Assembly: GCA_965214835.1 (NCBI GenBank)
Contig: CBDCCK010000002.1
Span: 2,240,001-2,304,000 of the forward strand
DNA from: Nitrosopumilaceae archaeon
GTDB taxonomy: Archaea; Thermoproteota; Nitrososphaeria; Nitrososphaerales; Nitrosopumilaceae
Reading direction: 5' to 3'
Length of the DNA stretch: 64,000 bases
The position numbers were made by a program, and so were the translations under genes. Numbering within the stretch: position 1 is the first letter of the stretch; each line of letters starts with the position of its first letter. Positions 61,163 through 64,000 of the stretch are shown piece by piece. The notes below the pieces were generated by a model. It made no database searches. It was not told where the DNA came from and saw only the letters and a list, made by a program, of their open reading frames with translations.

Positions 61163-62880
61163 AGACCTTATGCGTAAACGAAATTAGCGGCGATGCCCCC
61201 GGCGCACGGGCTACAAATGAGGCAAGTCAGGGCCGGCGCACGCGCGACTGTACCTTACAACGTTGAAAATATTTGATCAAAACCACAACTATTTTCAGAC
61301 GATTGATTTAGATCCGGGATCCATTCTCGCATAAGAGTAATGGCAAAGTCCGAGACCGAGCAGATACGACTGCTGAAGAAGAGAATCGAGCAGTACGAGA
61401 AGGAGAAGGTACAGGACAGGAAGGAGAAGGCGCGGGACAAAAAGAAGATCAAGAAGTATGAGAAGAGGATCAAGAGGCACGAGAAGAAGAGCAGGCAGGA
61501 CAGGAAGGAGAAGGCGCGGGACAGGACGGAGAGGATGCAGTACAGGAAGGAGATCAGAGAGTACGAGAAGAAGAGCAGGCAGGACGGCAGGAGGCAGGAG
61601 CGGGATCAGGAGAGGATAGGGCAGCTGGAACAGCAGCTGGACGCCGAGCGCCGGATGTGGCCCGCAACCTGGGATGACGACAGGCGCTCCGCGGACAACG
61701 CCGCCCTCATGCACAGGCTCGAGGTGCTCGATGACATAATCGGTGGCGGGTCCCTGCAGCCCACCACGTCGATGAACCTCCGCCAGTTTGACTACATATA
61801 TGACCGGTTTACGAAGCTTGCCAAAAAGCACACAGAAGGCCCCCTGTTCTCAGAAGACGAGGACAACTTGCCCGGAAACCGGTGCAAGCTGTCCTACCGC
61901 CACGCCCTGCTGATGTCGCTGATGCGCAAGTACGGAAACCCGACACAGGAGCAGCTTGCGGCGTTCTTCGGCATAGACCAGAGCACCGTATGCAGGTACC
62001 TCAGGTATTGCGACATGATATTTCTCAAGATACTGCCCACGCCGGACGCCGTATCGCGAAAGATACGAAACGCCCGCACGATCAAGGAAGTCAAGAAGAT
62101 CGTCCCGGATCTGACCGTGATTGTAGACGGCACGCACATCGACATACAGCGCCCCACAGACAAGGAGCCAAGAAAGGAGGCATACTCTGGCAAGAAGAAG
62201 AGCTTTACGCGCAACACCCAGGTGATTGCCGACAAGAAGGGACTGGCGATGTATGCAAGCAAGTCGGCGCCCGGAAGCACGCACGACCTCACCATGATAA
62301 AGAACAACCCACCGGATCTGGGAATCCTGACTGCCAGGATGCGCAGCAACAGAAAGCACCCCGAGGACGAGAAGGTAAAGATGTTCTCTGATCTGGGATA
62401 CATGGGAATCGAGGAGGTGTATCCCGGGGCCACATCCGTGCAGCCCGACAAGAAGCCAAGGAAAGGCAAGCTTACAAAGAAACAGAAAGCGCAGAACAGG
62501 AGGATAAGCAGCAAGAGGGTGACAGTAGAGCACGCCATAGGACGGATAAAGCAGTACAAGCGGATGCGTGATCCGTACGACGGGACCGCCGAGGAGTTCG
62601 ACAGGGAGTTCCAGGTGACGGCCGGGCTTGCCAACTTTAGGCTGCTGTGGGACAAGCGGAACAAGAAGCTCATGCATGGGTTCTGATACCACGATACGGA
62701 GCGCATTGCGGCGCCACACGATGCCGCACTATACTGTAGTTTTTACCAGCTGTAATGGCTCGTAGCTGCACTATATACGGACTCTGCCGCCCTCATACAC
62801 GTCATGTGATGCCGTCAGCCTTGCATGTATGGCCGGCCACCGTCGGAATATTTCGATCCGGTCGATTACGCATAAGGTCT
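61163..62880 (+). mobile_element. IS5-family (ISL2/DDE_Tnp_4-type) element
   Basis: TIR AGACCTTATGCGTAA / TTACGCATAAGGTCT; 3-bp TSD ATG. Confidence 0.9.
61340..62686 (+). CDS. IS5/ISL2-type transposase with charged N-terminal coiled coil
   Basis: FGIDQSTVCR HTH, IVDGTH, YSGKKK, GSTHD, SDLGY, RVTVEHAIGRIK. Confidence 0.9.
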   Translation: MAKSETEQIRLLKKRIEQYEKEKVQDRKEKARDKKKIKKYEKRIKRHEKKSRQDRKEKARDRTERMQYRKEIREYEKKSRQDGRRQERDQERIGQLEQQLDAERRMWPATWDDDRRSADNAALMHRLEVLDDIIGGGSLQPTTSMNLRQFDYIYDRFTKLAKKHTEGPLFSEDEDNLPGNRCKLSYRHALLMSLMRKYGNPTQEQLAAFFGIDQSTVCRYLRYCDMIFLKILPTPDAVSRKIRNARTIKEVKKIVPDLTVIVDGTHIDIQRPTDKEPRKEAYSGKKKSFTRNTQVIADKKGLAMYASKSAPGSTHDLTMIKNNPPDLGILTARMRSNRKHPEDEKVKMFSDLGYMGIEEVYPGATSVQPDKKPRKGKLTKKQKAQNRRISSKRVTVEHAIGRIKQYKRMRDPYDGTAEEFDREFQVTAGLANFRLLWDKRNKKLMHGF

Positions 62881-63668
62881 ATGGTACTGAGATAATATCT
62901 CAGAGCATGGTTGAACTTCAGGAGTTGACAAAATGGCAAAAAGTACATCAGGGGGAATGGACTACTGTCATAGGCGGATGGGCAGTTTGGGCCTATTATC
63001 AAGAAAGTTTTGGTTCAAGAGACATTGACATAGTACTTCCCGAGGATGCTGTAAAACGGGTTGAGATAACTGATACTTATTTTCCAGCACATAAAATAGA
63101 GAAAAAATTCGAAGATCCCTTTCAAACAAAGTATCACTATGGAAAATACATCACTACTCCGACAGGAAATGATGAAATTATTTTTGATTTGTTTTATCCG
63201 GAAAATCCACGGCCAGATCCCGATGGATTGGGGGTCACAGTCGATTGGAAATGGATGTCTGAATTTTCAAAAGAACAGCCAATTGAAAATGATGTCTTTA
63301 TTCAGGTGCCAGATCCAGAATTGCTTTTACCCGTTAAAATGGTGGCAGCGTTATCAAGAATTGAAGAGTTGCAAAGAACGGATAATCGAGAAAGAAAACA
63401 ATCAAAAATTTGGAAGGACTATTACGATGTAGCAATTTTGGTAAAACATGTGGATTTCAACCAAGAACATCTGTTGGGGCATATGAATCGGATCGGCTTT
63501 ACACGAGATTTGGTCACTCGATTCTTGGATGGTTACGTGCCTAGGCCTGATACTTTGGAGCAGGCAGAAACCACGCTCATGGACGTAACTGACAAGATTC
63601 CCTCGTTGGAATAGTCGTTTTGACCAAACTCCAGATTTTAATTGAATCTGGATTAAAAATCAAATTTT

Positions 63669-63908
63669 ATGATGAAAAATATGATCAAATTCCAGCAAAG
63701 CCCTGCTGAAAAAACTGACTACCTTGTAGGCGGTACGTGGTCTTCGCTAACAAAAACCTGGAAGAAATATGATCAAGCAAAAAAAGACATGAACGTCATG
63801 TTGATGAAGCAATATTCTAAAAAAATAAAAAATTCACAGAAAAAACTAGGCTTGGAGGAATCAAATTTTGACGAACTTTCTGAATATCCTGATTCGGAAT
63901 TCGCATGA
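63669..63908 (+). CDS. hypothetical protein
   Basis: 79-aa AT-rich ORF downstream of the NTase. Confidence 0.5.
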   Translation: MMKNMIKFQQSPAEKTDYLVGGTWSSLTKTWKKYDQAKKDMNVMLMKQYSKKIKNSQKKLGLEESNFDELSEYPDSEFA

Positions 63909-63961
63909 GATGTTATACCAAATCTTATCCGTAGCGGATGCCATGTATTTCATGTTGGATC

Positions 63962-64000
63962 CAGTCTTCCCGGAAGTAACCAACCCGTGGAGGTGCAGAT
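63962..64000 (+). mobile_element. MITE family E start (runs off the window)
   Basis: cagtcttcccggaagtaaccaacccgtggaggtgcag matches 20650. Confidence 0.65.

Larger units (their letters stand above)
61138..63614 (+). pseudogene. nucleotidyltransferase (AbiEii/MenT-like toxin) interrupted at codon 8 by IS5
   Basis: Removing the IS and the ATG TSD gives MGLTSDDYGTEIISQSMVEL...; VIGGWAV, SRDIDIV, K...KDYYDV motifs. Confidence 0.75.

Overview
Archaeal chromosome segment, almost certainly Nitrososphaerota (Thaumarchaeota, Nitrosopumilaceae-like). Core genes include fen, rpoK, alba, rps25e, rps26e, DHS, thrS, speB, pyrG, acs and tRNA-Ser(CGA). Fairly GC-rich core genes plus heavy IS load suggest a host-associated lineage, which is inference. 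Core blocks alternate with decaying accessory patches (about 0.3-2.8, 5.4-6.6, 8.9-13.8, 16-23.2, 33-37.2 and 57-64 kb). These hold three ISH3-type IS copies, two IS630 elements, an IS5/ISL2-type element, an IS66 remnant and at least five MITE families, several traceable by their ends to these IS. Main patterns: (i) two AbiE-like type IV toxin-antitoxin operons whose toxin is hit by an IS while the antitoxin is intact; (ii) an intact AT-rich four-gene operon ending in a HEPN-like gene; (iii) a divergent wHTH pair with one frameshifted gene the ORF track missed; (iv) fragments of defence genes (type ISP RM, GmrSD, PD-(D/E)XK). All family calls come from motif recognition by eye; no database searches were run.
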